Positions 25,447-36,023 of a stretch of DNA of 64,000 nt are shown here, piece after piece; the stretch's first letter is position 1; each line of letters begins with the position of its first letter. The notes beneath the pieces were generated by a model that was given only the letters and a program-made list of their open reading frames with translations, made no database searches and had not been told where the DNA came from. The DNA lies in contig JAHLFA010000084.1 of the NCBI GenBank assembly GCA_018883985.1, positions 39,701-103,700 of the forward strand, read 5' to 3'. Source of the DNA: Candidatus Ruminococcus intestinipullorum (GTDB taxonomy: Bacteria > Bacillota > Clostridia > Lachnospirales > Lachnospiraceae). The position numbers and the translations under genes are program-made.

Positions 25447-26253
25447 TCAGTTTTGCCTCCGAAATTCCGAGGGAGTAATCTTTGTAATCCTACGAAAAGT
25501 GGCAATAAAATGGCTGGCATCGGTGAATCCAGTACGGTGAGCTATGGACTGGATCTCAGTTCGTGGTTCCGTGATTAGCAGTTCCTTTGCCTTACTGATG
25601 CGAAAGGAAATCAGGTATTCCACGGTGGAGCAGCTCATATATTTTCGAAAAAGCCTAGACAGATACTGAGGTGTAATAAAGACTAGGCTGCTTAAACCTG
25701 TCGTGGTCAAAGGTTCTGCATATCTTTTTTCGATTTCTTTTATTACGGGAGCTACGTAGTTCTGATAGATTGGGTCGTCTGTTAAGCCGAGGGAGTGGGA
25801 GCCACAGGCGAATTCCAAGAGCATTTGATAGCAGCTAACGGATAGGAGTTCCTTTTTGTATGGACTGGCCGCACAGAGTTTGGCACACTCCTCAATCATT
25901 TCTGCAATCTTTTCTCCCTGTTCTCGATGGATCCAAATGGCGGAATGACTGCCTACGATACTGGGGATGCTGCTTTCTAGTGTACCAGTGAATGAGGCAA
26001 ACTTTGTGTACCAGATGGCTCCTTCTTTTTCATAAGAGTGGCGGATGTGGGGAGCCAGAAGAAGTCCTTCATCTTCGTGTAGGACGAAGCTTCCCACGGA
26101 TGTCTCAATCCTGCCACAGCCTTTCTCGGTCTGAAGATAGTGATAGTAAGGGTAGCCTTTTGGGCGGACTACATGTGGCTGTTCCCATTCTGTCCCAATG
26201 GATTCAAAGGTGAAAGGTACGTCCACAGGGACGCTTCGAAATATGACGGTCAT
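25447..26253 (-). CDS. AraC-family regulator, divergent from the beta-galactosidases
   Basis: 'ITPQYLSRLFRK...GFTDASHFIATFRRITKITPSEFR'. Confidence 0.9.
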   Translation of the reverse strand: MTVIFRSVPVDVPFTFESIGTEWEQPHVVRPKGYPYYHYLQTEKGCGRIETSVGSFVLHEDEGLLLAPHIRHSYEKEGAIWYTKFASFTGTLESSIPSIVGSHSAIWIHREQGEKIAEMIEECAKLCAASPYKKELLSVSCYQMLLEFACGSHSLGLTDDPIYQNYVAPVIKEIEKRYAEPLTTTGLSSLVFITPQYLSRLFRKYMSCSTVEYLISFRISKAKELLITEPRTEIQSIAHRTGFTDASHFIATFRRITKITPSEFRRQN

Positions 26254-26378
26254 AGAGAAACCTCCTGTTTCAAAATCTTATATTTATTAGTTTAACATAT
26301 CATACAAAAGGGTGTCCATTTCTATTATAATAACTGCAAATGCAGAAAACGTGAATGCAGAAGGAGGACTGATATTAC

Positions 26379-29300
26379 ATGAAGACATTTGATTACAGCA
26401 AAGTAAAGGATCCGCAGTATTTCAGAGATGGGAGCTGGATAAGTGCGTGTTCCGATCATTTATATTTTGCCTCAGAGGTGGATATGCTGGAAGGCCGTTC
26501 GGATTTTACAGAGTGCCTGAACGGACTTTGGAAATTTCATTATGCTAAAAACTATGGTTCTACTATTAGCGGCTTTGAGAAAGAAGAGTACAGCTGTGAG
26601 GGATGGGATGATATCCGTGTACCAGCACATATACAGATGGAAGGATATGACGTGCCTCAGTATGCCAATACCCAGTATCCATGGGAGGGGCTAGAGGACA
26701 TCCGTCCTGGCGAGATACCAGAATATTTCAACCCAGTGGCAAGCTATGTGAAATATTTTACTGTACCAGAACGTATGAAGGGGAAACGGCTTTTTATATC
26801 TTTCCTTGGAGCGGAGAGTGCTCTTGCCTTGTGGCTGAACGGGACATTTGTAGGATATAGTGGCGACAGCTTCACGCCTTCGCAGTTTGAACTAACAAAA
26901 TATGTGAAGGACGGAGAGAACAAGCTGGCTGTTCAGGTGTTTAAATGGACTGCAGGCAGCTGGTGCGAAGATCAGGATTTCTTCCGTTTTTCAGGTATAT
27001 ATAGGGATGTTTATCTCTACACAGTTCCAGTGGTACATATAAGAGATATGAGGATTCGTGCGATTCCTGATGAGACGCTTACAAAGGCGGAGCTAGAGAT
27101 TCGGACAGAGACGTGGGGCGATGGAAAGGCAAAGTTTACTCTTTCCCTTGACGGCAACGTGTGGATGGAAGAAGAGAAAGTCCTCAACGGAGAGAATGTT
27201 TACTCATGGCAGATTAATCAGCCAAAGCTCTGGAGTGCAGAGAATCCAGTTTTATATGACTTGATGGTGACTGTATACAGCAGTGACGGTACAGTCAGCG
27301 AGCTTATTCCACAAAAGGTCGGCTTTCGTCGTTTTGAGATGAAAAACAATATTATGACTCTAAATGGAAAGCGTATCGTCTTCAAGGGCGTGAACCGACA
27401 TGAATTCAGCTCTGTGACGGGAAGGAATGTGTCAGAAGAAGAACTGCGTAAGGATTTGACCATTATGAAACAGAATAATATCAATGCCGTGCGTACTAGC
27501 CATTATCCTAACTCGTCCATCGTATATCGTCTTTGTGATGAGTATGGCCTGTATGTGATTGACGAGACCAATTTGGAGAGTCACGGTTCATGGGATACGG
27601 GGGATTATAATTATATTGTTCCAAATGATAAGCCAGAGTGGCTTGATATGCTAATCGACCGTGCAAACTCCATGTATCAGCGAGATAAGAATCATCCTTG
27701 TGTGCTGATTTGGTCTTGTGGAAATGAGTCTTATGGCGGAAAGGATATTTACGAGATGTCCCAGTTCTTCCGTAAAGTCGACCCAACTCGGCTCGTACAC
27801 TATGAAGGGGTATTTCAGGATCGTCGCTACAATGATTCCAGCGATATGGAAAGCCAGATGTATCCATCTGTAGAGTCAATCAGGGATTTTTTGCAGAAAG
27901 ATAGGAGCAAGCCTTTTATCTGCTGCGAGTACACTCATGCGATGGGGAATTCCTGTGGTGCCATGCATAAATACACCGATTTAACTGATACGGAGCCATT
28001 GTATCAGGGCGGCTTTATTTGGGATTATATCGACCAGACGCTGTACAAAAAAGACCGATATGGAAAGGAATTTCAGGCATACGGTGGAGATCACGGAGAA
28101 CGTCCAACCGACTATAACTTTAGTGCCAACGGCATTGTGTACGGTGGCGATCGTGAGCCATCTCCAAAGATGCAGGAAGTGAAGTTCAATTATCAGAATA
28201 TTACAGCAGAGGTGACAGCAGACAGCATAAGGGTGATTAATAAGAACTTGTTTGTGAATACAGATGCATTTAACTGCGTTGTGACCCTTAAGAGAAACGG
28301 CGTGAAGATACAGGAAGCATCTCTTGAGACCCATACCGAGCCACTTCACGAAGACACATATGCACTGCCATTTGGTGAGATGAACGTGTCAGGTGAGTAT
28401 ACGGTTACGGTTTCCTTCCGTCTGAAAGAAGAAACAATTTGGGCATCTGCTGGACATGAAGTGGCATTTGGACAGCATGTGTACAAAGTGAGTGGCGAAG
28501 AGAAAGTACACACAGGATTGTTCAAGGTAATTCGGAGCAAACACAATATTGGCGTACGAGGAGAAGGCTTTGAGGTAATATTCTCTGTGCTGAACGGTGG
28601 GCTAGTTTCCTATTACTATGGTGGTCGGGAAATGATTAAAGAAATCCCAAAACCAAACTTCTGGCGTGCGCCTGTTGATAATGACTGTGGCAATCAGATG
28701 CAGCAGCGTTATGCACAGTGGAAAATTGCGTCGATGTACGTGGATCACCACGAATATCGCAAAGGTCCTTATGGTGGACTGTTAGTACCAGCTGTGGAGG
28801 AGAAAGGTGATTCTGTAAAAGTAACGTACACCTATTTGATGCCTACTATGCCAGCGAGTGAATGCAGGCTTTCCTATGAGGTGTTCGGCGACGGAGCAGT
28901 CCGTACGACGCTCTCCTATGATTCTGTGAAAGAACTAGGCGATATGCCAGAATTTGGTGTGATGTTCAAGTTTGATGCGGATTACGATCATGTGAAATGG
29001 TATGGACTTGGACCTGAGGAAACTTATGCAGATCGCATGAAAGGTGCGAAGCTGGATGTTTATCAGAACCTTGTAAAAGACAATGTAGCAAGATATATTA
29101 TCCCACAGGAATGTGGTGCAAAACAGGGGGTTCGTTGGGCTTCTGTCACAGACAGAAGTGGATATGGTATGCTCTTCGAAATGGATGAGCAGAGTGGACC
29201 GATGATGTTCTCGGCTCTGCCATGGACACCTCATGAAATGGAGAATGCGAAACATCCTTATGAGCTTCCAGAAGTGCATTACACTGTTGTGCGTGCTGCA

Positions 29301-29420
29301 CTAGGACAAATGGGTGTCGCAGGAGATAACAGTTGGGGAGCATATACACATCCAGAATATCTGCTGGATGCGAGTGAGAAAATGGAATTCTCCTTTTCGT
29401 TTAAGGGAATCTGTCGATAA
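26379..29420 (+). CDS. lacZ: GH2 beta-galactosidase (LacZ type)
   Basis: 'EDQDFFRFSGIYRDV', 'KGVNRHE', 'NAVRTSHYP', 'WSCGNE', 'CEYTHAMGNS', 'GGFIWD'. Confidence 0.93.
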   Translation: MKTFDYSKVKDPQYFRDGSWISACSDHLYFASEVDMLEGRSDFTECLNGLWKFHYAKNYGSTISGFEKEEYSCEGWDDIRVPAHIQMEGYDVPQYANTQYPWEGLEDIRPGEIPEYFNPVASYVKYFTVPERMKGKRLFISFLGAESALALWLNGTFVGYSGDSFTPSQFELTKYVKDGENKLAVQVFKWTAGSWCEDQDFFRFSGIYRDVYLYTVPVVHIRDMRIRAIPDETLTKAELEIRTETWGDGKAKFTLSLDGNVWMEEEKVLNGENVYSWQINQPKLWSAENPVLYDLMVTVYSSDGTVSELIPQKVGFRRFEMKNNIMTLNGKRIVFKGVNRHEFSSVTGRNVSEEELRKDLTIMKQNNINAVRTSHYPNSSIVYRLCDEYGLYVIDETNLESHGSWDTGDYNYIVPNDKPEWLDMLIDRANSMYQRDKNHPCVLIWSCGNESYGGKDIYEMSQFFRKVDPTRLVHYEGVFQDRRYNDSSDMESQMYPSVESIRDFLQKDRSKPFICCEYTHAMGNSCGAMHKYTDLTDTEPLYQGGFIWDYIDQTLYKKDRYGKEFQAYGGDHGERPTDYNFSANGIVYGGDREPSPKMQEVKFNYQNITAEVTADSIRVINKNLFVNTDAFNCVVTLKRNGVKIQEASLETHTEPLHEDTYALPFGEMNVSGEYTVTVSFRLKEETIWASAGHEVAFGQHVYKVSGEEKVHTGLFKVIRSKHNIGVRGEGFEVIFSVLNGGLVSYYYGGREMIKEIPKPNFWRAPVDNDCGNQMQQRYAQWKIASMYVDHHEYRKGPYGGLLVPAVEEKGDSVKVTYTYLMPTMPASECRLSYEVFGDGAVRTTLSYDSVKELGDMPEFGVMFKFDADYDHVKWYGLGPEETYADRMKGAKLDVYQNLVKDNVARYIIPQECGAKQGVRWASVTDRSGYGMLFEMDEQSGPMMFSALPWTPHEMENAKHPYELPEVHYTVVRAALGQMGVAGDNSWGAYTHPEYLLDASEKMEFSFSFKGICR

Positions 29421-29444
29421 ACAGTGAAAACAGGAGGAATAATT

Positions 29445-31469
29445 ATGTTAGGTGGACAATTGCTCCACGGAGGAGACTATAATCCAGATCAGTGGCTGTC
29501 ATATCCTGAAGTATTTGAGGAAGATGTGCGACTTATGAAAGAAGCTGGGGTAAACTGTGTGAGTCTGGGTATTTTTGCCTGGGCCACGCTGGAGCCAGAA
29601 GAGGGTCGCTATGAGCTGGACTGGATGGATCATATTATTACAAGGCTTGAAGAGGAAGGAATCTGTGTGATTTTGGCAACGCCATCTGCAGCCATGCCTC
29701 ACTGGCTGACGCAAAAATATAGGGAAGTAATGCAGGTACAAGCGGATGGGCATAGAAATTTGTCAGGTAAACGTCATAATTTCTGTTACACATCGCCAGT
29801 GATGCGTGAGAAGATTACGGCTATTAATCGAGAGTTGTCCAAACGGTTCGGTCGTAGAAAGAATGTGATTCTATGGCATATTTCCAATGAGCTAGGCGGT
29901 AATTTCGGTGATTCTACATGCCACTGCGAGCTGTGTCAGGAGGTCTTTCGTGAATGGCTGAAGAAAAAATACGGGACGCTGGATGAGTTGAATAATGCCT
30001 GGTGGAACCAGTTTTGGAGCCATACGTATACAGATTGGAATCAAATACATAGCCCAGTTCCATACGGGGAGACGACAAGCACGGCACTTATTTTGGACTG
30101 GAAACGGTTCTCCACGGAACAGATTAGTGATTTCTGCGAGATGGAGATTCGTGCTGTGAAAGAATTTTCGGATTTGCCAGCGACCACGAATTTCATGTAC
30201 TTTTTTAAGGGTCTTGACTATAACCGTATGCAGCGAGGACTTGATATCATATCCTGGGACAATTATCCACACTGGCATAAGCAAAAGGATGAGGTTCCAG
30301 CAGCAGTAAAAAGTGCGGCAAATCACAGCATGATGCGGGCGTTCAAAAAAGCACCTTTCCTTCTCATGGAAAGCGCACCGTCAGGCATCAGTTGGCGTAC
30401 AGCCAATCCACTAAAACGTCCAGGAATGCATATGTTGTCCTGTATGCAGGCAGTGGCTCATGGCTCGGATTCTGCCCTGTATTTTCAGTGGAGAAAGGGA
30501 AGAGGAGGATTCGAAAAATTCCACGGTGCTGTTCTGGACCATAAGTACGGCAGTAATACTCGCACATTTCGTGATGTGTCCGAAGTGGGAAAACGCTTCA
30601 AGAACTTGAGCACTTTGATTGACGGCACAGTGAACCAGCCGAAAGCGGCCATTGTGTTTGATTGGGAAAACTGGTGGGCAGTCGAGGATACGCAGGGACC
30701 GCGTCTAGATTTTGAATATAAAGAGTGGATTGTCTCTCATTACAGAACGTTCTGGGAAGAGGGAATCGAAGTGGACCTCATAAGTATGGATGCCGATTTG
30801 GAAGGATATGCGTTGGTATCGGCACCACTCAATTATATGTACAAGGAAGGCTGGGCAGACAAGGTGAGAAAATTTGTTTCCAATGGTGGACACTTTGTGA
30901 CAACCTGTTTCAGTGGTGAGGTTAATGATACGGATTTGTGTTTCCTTGGACATCATCCACTGGAGGACGTGCTGGGGATTGTTCCAGAGGAGATAGACGC
31001 ACCATCAGAGGAGTTTGAAAACAGTTTTTGTTACGGCGGTATGGAATATCCTGCAAAAGATTTGTGTGGTATCGTCCATCCAAGAGATACGGTAGAGGTT
31101 TTGTCGGTGTATGAGAAAGACTTTTATGCTGGATGCCCAGTTGTCACATGCAATCCATATGGAAATGGAAAGGCATGGTATCTGGCAGCAGAATCAGACC
31201 TTGCATTCCTACGGGCATTTTATAAAGATGTCTTTGCAGAGGTTGGCCTTCATAATGCACTGGACACAGAGCTACCTTATGGCGTGACGGTGACAGAACG
31301 CAGTAGTGCAGACGGCGAAGGGGAGAAACGAATCGTATTTGTTATGAACTTTAAAAATGAACCAGTGATGGTGGAAGGTATTGGGAAATGGATGGATGCC
31401 GAGAGCGGGGAAACCTGCGAAGGCAGTCTTGAGTTGGAAGCATTCCAGTGCAGGGTGCTGACACGATAA
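29445..31469 (+). CDS. GH42 beta-galactosidase
   Basis: 'GGDYNPDQW', 'WHISNE', 'ISWDNYP', 'FLLMES', 'YFQWR...EKFHG'; AGGAGG before ATG 29445. Confidence 0.92.
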   Translation: MLGGQLLHGGDYNPDQWLSYPEVFEEDVRLMKEAGVNCVSLGIFAWATLEPEEGRYELDWMDHIITRLEEEGICVILATPSAAMPHWLTQKYREVMQVQADGHRNLSGKRHNFCYTSPVMREKITAINRELSKRFGRRKNVILWHISNELGGNFGDSTCHCELCQEVFREWLKKKYGTLDELNNAWWNQFWSHTYTDWNQIHSPVPYGETTSTALILDWKRFSTEQISDFCEMEIRAVKEFSDLPATTNFMYFFKGLDYNRMQRGLDIISWDNYPHWHKQKDEVPAAVKSAANHSMMRAFKKAPFLLMESAPSGISWRTANPLKRPGMHMLSCMQAVAHGSDSALYFQWRKGRGGFEKFHGAVLDHKYGSNTRTFRDVSEVGKRFKNLSTLIDGTVNQPKAAIVFDWENWWAVEDTQGPRLDFEYKEWIVSHYRTFWEEGIEVDLISMDADLEGYALVSAPLNYMYKEGWADKVRKFVSNGGHFVTTCFSGEVNDTDLCFLGHHPLEDVLGIVPEEIDAPSEEFENSFCYGGMEYPAKDLCGIVHPRDTVEVLSVYEKDFYAGCPVVTCNPYGNGKAWYLAAESDLAFLRAFYKDVFAEVGLHNALDTELPYGVTVTERSSADGEGEKRIVFVMNFKNEPVMVEGIGKWMDAESGETCEGSLELEAFQCRVLTR

Positions 31470-31622
31470 AATAATAGGTGGTAGTAAAAGACGGCAGATA
31501 ATCTGAGGTGGTATGATTCACTTTGTATCTGCCGTTTTTAACCTAATGGGCAAGAAGTCGCCCACCTCTATAGGTGGTGTGATGAATTGCACTATCGCCT
31601 TTTAGAAAACAAAGTGATATAA

Positions 31623-31703
31623 TTTTGCTTGTTGACTACTGGGGGAGCTCCAATTGAAGTCATAAAATAATATATAGAGGAACAAGGGCAAAAGAATAAA
31701 TAA
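31623..31703 (+). pseudogene. tnpA: TnpA (Y1 transposase) C-terminal remnant
   Basis: FCLLTTGGAPIEVIK*YIEEQG, the catalytic Y..Q helix, with an in-frame stop. Confidence 0.75.
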
Positions 31704-31722
31704 TTTTGAGGGAGGTAGATGG

Positions 31723-32803
31723 ATGAAACAACGAAAAGCATATAAATTTAGAATTTATCCAACTGAAGAACAAAAGATATTCTTCAGTAAAACGTTTGGT
31801 TGTGTTCGCCTTGTCTATAATCTTATGCTAAATGATAGAATGAAAGCATATGAAGAAAGTAAAGGGAATATTGACAAAAAAATAAAATATCCAACTCCTG
31901 CAAAGTATAAAAAAGAGTATGAATTTCTAAAAGAAGTTGATAGTCTTGCTCTTGCCAATGCTCAAATGAACTTAGATAAAGCATATAAGAATTTTTTTAG
32001 AGACAAATCCACAGGTTTTCCTAAATTCAAATCAAAGAAAAATCCTGTACAGAGTTATACAACTAACAATCAAAATGGAACGATACGTGTTTTTGAAAAT
32101 CGGTTAAAGCTTCCAAAACTGAAAGAATTCGTAAAAATTAAAGTACATAGGAAAATAGAGGGAGTAATAAAATCTGCTACTATTTCACGTAATGGTAGTG
32201 GTAAGTATTTTATCTCTTTATTGTGCGAAGTTGATATACAAGAACTACCTAAAACCAATTTATCCGTGGGAATTGACTTAGGTATCAAAGATATGGCTAT
32301 TCTCTCTACTGGAGAAAAAATAGAAAATCTTAAATTTAGAAAACAATTAGAGGATAAACTAAAAAGGGAACAGAGAAAATTATCAAAAACAAAGACTGAA
32401 AGTAGCTAAGATACATGAAAAAATTATGAATATGAGAACAGATTTCTTAAATAAGTTAAGTATGGATATCATCAAAAACCACGATATTATCTGTATAGAA
32501 GACTTAAATACAAAGGGATTACTACATAATCATAAATTAGCAAAATCGATTGCTGAGGTATCTTGGGGTAATTTTGTCAATAAATTAGAGTATAAAGCAA
32601 AATGGTATGGAAAAGAGCTAATAAAAATTGATACATTCTATCCATCAAGTCAAATATGCTCTGTCTGTGGACATAGAGACGGCAAGAAAACCCTTGATAT
32701 AAGAGAGTGGACTTGTCCAATTTGTCGTACTCATCACGATAGAGATATGAATGCAAGTAAAAATATATTGGCTGAAGGTCTAAGAATAAGAGAAACAGCC
32801 TAA
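31723..32803 (+). pseudogene. tnpB: TnpB RNA-guided nuclease with short internal deletion/frameshift near 32385
   Basis: 'AYKFRIYPT', RuvC 'GIDLG', 'IEDL', 'DRDMNA', zinc finger CSVC/CPIC; 'QRKLS' is joined out of frame to 'QKQRLKVAKIHEKI'. Confidence 0.9.
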
Positions 32804-33033
32804 AAATAAAAGGAACCGTAGGGACTACGGGGATAGCTTGGTAAATATAGTTGGCTAACAAAAGCAACTACTTCCCAAGAAGAAGCTCCCACTTCAAAAG
32901 CTGAAAGCTTTAAGTGGGAGAGGTTCACTGGAAAAATAATTAATCAGACGATAATATATATATTGAAAAGTAAAAACAGGAAGTTTGTAAATAATAGCTT
33001 GGGATAGGAAAAGTTTATAGGTAGGAGAGTATT

Positions 33034-33474
33034 ATGTTAAAAATATATTTAGGAAATATGGAGAATGCCATTTATCATCCTCCAACTTATTTTGATAATC
33101 AATATGAGGATGAGTGGATTACAGAAGAATTATCAATTCAGATGATTAAAGATGTAGATAAATCAGAAGTGATAAGCCCATATTTGATACAAAGTCCTGT
33201 ATTAGGAGCAATTTCTACAAAAGAATTATCTGGTGGTGTAAAGACATTAATGTTAATGGCCTTTGACCAATCTGGAAAAGTATTTAATGCGTCCGTATGT
33301 GGAGATAATTGTGCAAAATGGATTCTTTCTATAGGAGAGTCAAAAGATCTAACAATAAATTTAAGACATATTATGGATTTTGGAAAAGAAGAATTCAAAA
33401 TTGAAATTCTCAATACAGGGGATGTTGTCCATAATATGTTAGAATTTGTTAATATTGCAGGAGAATATGTGTAG
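33034..33474 (+). CDS. DUF4869-like protein (copy 2)
   Basis: Homologous over its full length to 9983-10423; contains 'LSGGVKTL'. Confidence 0.75.
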   Translation: MLKIYLGNMENAIYHPPTYFDNQYEDEWITEELSIQMIKDVDKSEVISPYLIQSPVLGAISTKELSGGVKTLMLMAFDQSGKVFNASVCGDNCAKWILSIGESKDLTINLRHIMDFGKEEFKIEILNTGDVVHNMLEFVNIAGEYV

Positions 33475-33483
33475 GTGAGGTAA

Positions 33484-34170
33484 ATGAATAAACAAATTAC
33501 AATAATGGTTGTTGAAGATGATACAAATATTAATGGTCTATTAAAGACAGTGTTAGAAAAAGAAGGATATCAAGTAATTCAAGCATTTTCGGGGACAGAG
33601 GCAGAATTGGTTCTAAAAATGAAACAAGAGGTGACCCTTGTTCTTTTAGATTTGATGTTACCTGGGGTTTCAGGGGAAGAAGTGTTAAAAAGTATTCGAG
33701 AAAAAGGCAACATACCAGTCATTGTTTTAACAGCAAAAGACAGTTTGGATGAGAAGATAGGAATGTTGACACAGGGGGCTGATGATTATATTACAAAACC
33801 ATTTGAAATTCCAGAGGTTCTAGTAAGAATCCAAGTTCAGTTACGTCATATGGGCAGAGATATGGAAAGAAATCAGATTGTCTATCGAAATTTAATGTTG
33901 GATAAAAGTAATTATGAAGTCAGCATTGGAAAACAAAAAATTCCAAAGTTTACAAAACAGGAATTTGCAATATTGGAGCTTTTGGCAAGTCACCCAAAAA
34001 GGGTATTTAGCAAGGAGGAAATTTTTACTTATGCATGGGAGGAACCTTATATGGGAGAAACGAAAACACTCGATGTGCATATCAGTAATATACGTAAAAA
34101 AATAAAAATAGTTACAGAAGAGGAATATATAGAAACTATATGGGGAATAGGATATCGTATACATACTTAG
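33484..34170 (+). CDS. OmpR-family response regulator
   Basis: 'VVEDD', 'LLDLMLP', 'GADDYITKPF', 'ETIWGIGY'. Confidence 0.93.
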   Translation: MNKQITIMVVEDDTNINGLLKTVLEKEGYQVIQAFSGTEAELVLKMKQEVTLVLLDLMLPGVSGEEVLKSIREKGNIPVIVLTAKDSLDEKIGMLTQGADDYITKPFEIPEVLVRIQVQLRHMGRDMERNQIVYRNLMLDKSNYEVSIGKQKIPKFTKQEFAILELLASHPKRVFSKEEIFTYAWEEPYMGETKTLDVHISNIRKKIKIVTEEEYIETIWGIGYRIHT

Positions 34171-34248
34171 CTTTACTCTTTTTTTACTTTTAATTTGCTT
34201 TTTATTTGGAATTTTTCAATAAAATAGCATTAGAAATAAAAAAAGGAG

Positions 34249-35175
34249 ATGAAAGACTTGAGTGATTATTTACTTTGTACCACAGGGTTAACAAAAAGAT
34301 TTGGTCATCATAAGGCAGTTGATCATGTAAATTTACATATACCAAAAGGTGCTATTTATGGATTTATTGGGAGAAACGGGGCTGGTAAAACAACTTGTTT
34401 AAAGATGATTAGTGGGCTATCTACACCAACAGAAGGAGAAATGGAAATCTTTGGATATAAGGGACGAGACCTTAAGCAGATGCGTTCTAGAATAGGGTGT
34501 TTAATTGAGATGCCAGGATTATATGAGAACATGACTGCTTATGAAAATTTGAAGATAAAATGTCTGTTTTGTGGAATTCATAAAAAAGGTTATATTGAAG
34601 ATATTTTAGAAACAGTAGGGCTTTCAGATGCTAAAGCAAAGAAAACAAAGCATTTTTCATTGGGAATGAAACAAAGACTTGGAATTGGACTTGCATTAGT
34701 TGGAGAGCCAGATCTTTTAGTTCTTGATGAGCCAATTAATGGACTAGATCCACAGGGAATTGTAGAGATAAGAAATACACTTTATAAGCTACAAAAGGAA
34801 CGGAATCTTACAATTATAATCTCCAGCCATATTTTGGAAGAATTAGCTAAAATTGCTACAAATTATGGGATTATTCATAATGGTAAATTATTGCAGGAGC
34901 TTACAAGAGAAGAGTTAATGAACCGCTGTAGTGAAAGAATCGAGATGACATTGGATGAACCAAAACAGGCAATTCCAGTACTAGATAGGCTGGGATTTAC
35001 TAAATATCAGGTGACGGATAAAAATCACATACAGGTTTATGAACGATTAAATGAGAGTGCACTGTTAAATATGGAGCTTGCAAAAGAAGGGATTTTGGTA
35101 CGAGGAATGTCTATTACCAGTGAAGAGCTAGAATCCTATTATTTGAATTTGACAGGGGGTGCTTCTCATGCTTAA
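34249..35175 (+). CDS. ABC transporter ATP-binding protein (BcrA-like)
   Basis: 'GRNGAGKTT', 'FSLGMKQRL', 'LDEPINGLDP', 'SSH'. Confidence 0.92.
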   Translation: MKDLSDYLLCTTGLTKRFGHHKAVDHVNLHIPKGAIYGFIGRNGAGKTTCLKMISGLSTPTEGEMEIFGYKGRDLKQMRSRIGCLIEMPGLYENMTAYENLKIKCLFCGIHKKGYIEDILETVGLSDAKAKKTKHFSLGMKQRLGIGLALVGEPDLLVLDEPINGLDPQGIVEIRNTLYKLQKERNLTIIISSHILEELAKIATNYGIIHNGKLLQELTREELMNRCSERIEMTLDEPKQAIPVLDRLGFTKYQVTDKNHIQVYERLNESALLNMELAKEGILVRGMSITSEELESYYLNLTGGASHA

Positions 35176-36022
35176 TTGTATTAGAATGGATTTGTATAGA
35201 ATGTTTCGAATGAAAAGCTTTTTTGTAATTGGGTTCGTTTTACTTATCGGTATTTTTTTTAGTACTTCTATGTCTGTAACTGATTATAATATGATGAAAG
35301 AAGAGCTAGAAAATAATCCCCAGGCATATGAACAGGAGTTTTTGTCTGAAGAAGAGTTAATCAATATAGGAATGAATGTGATGCTGCCAACAAAGATAGG
35401 AGAAACAGTAACTGTATATGATCAGGTTTATGCAAATCTTAATGGAAAGTTTATTACTATATTTATGGTGATTTTTGCAGTTTTATTTTCTTCTTCAGAC
35501 CTTAGTAGTGGATATATCAAAAATATTGGAGGACAGATAGAGAATAGGGGAAAATTAATTCTGTCAAAAGCAGTAGTTTTATTTGGTTATACTGTTTTAA
35601 CAATGATATTTTACTTTATCATGCAAATAGTTGCTCAGGGAGTTTACTATAAGACTCTAGAGATGGGGCAATTAAAAGAACTTATGATGTATATAGGAAC
35701 CCAGACACTTTTGCATTACGCACTTCTTTTGATTTGTATGGCAATTACAATTATTGCACAAAGTAAGGTGTTTAGTATGACAACAGCTGTACTATTTTGT
35801 ATGAATATAATGGTTATTCTATACAGTACTATTGATAAGATTGTAGCGAAGTTTGGAGTGAAAGATTTCAATTTAGTTCGTTACACTGTAACAGGACGGA
35901 TGTCACTTCTTACTATGACACCATCAGCGAAAGAGTGTGGATGGGCGATACTTATAGCAGCTCTGTTTGGTTTGGGAGTGACAGTGCTATCAAGTCAGGT
36001 ATTTAGAAAGAGAGATATATAA
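35168..36022 (+). CDS. ABC-2 type permease
   Basis: About six hydrophobic segments; C-terminal 'FRKRDI'; follows the ATPase. Confidence 0.85.
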   Translation: MLNCIRMDLYRMFRMKSFFVIGFVLLIGIFFSTSMSVTDYNMMKEELENNPQAYEQEFLSEEELINIGMNVMLPTKIGETVTVYDQVYANLNGKFITIFMVIFAVLFSSSDLSSGYIKNIGGQIENRGKLILSKAVVLFGYTVLTMIFYFIMQIVAQGVYYKTLEMGQLKELMMYIGTQTLLHYALLLICMAITIIAQSKVFSMTTAVLFCMNIMVILYSTIDKIVAKFGVKDFNLVRYTVTGRMSLLTMTPSAKECGWAILIAALFGLGVTVLSSQVFRKRDI

Positions 36023-36023
36023 A

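Larger units (their letters stand above)
31551..32928 (+). mobile_element. Defective IS200/IS605-family element (tnpA remnant plus broken tnpB)
   Basis: Left-end hairpin CCACCT/AGGTGG; right-end hairpin CTCCCACTT/AAGTGGGAG followed by TTCAC; left boundary approximate. Confidence 0.85.

Noticed and set aside
32380-32430. Programmed frameshift restoring TnpB
   Set aside because: The stretch normally found between 'QRKLS' and 'QKQR' is missing, which points to a deletion rather than recoding.
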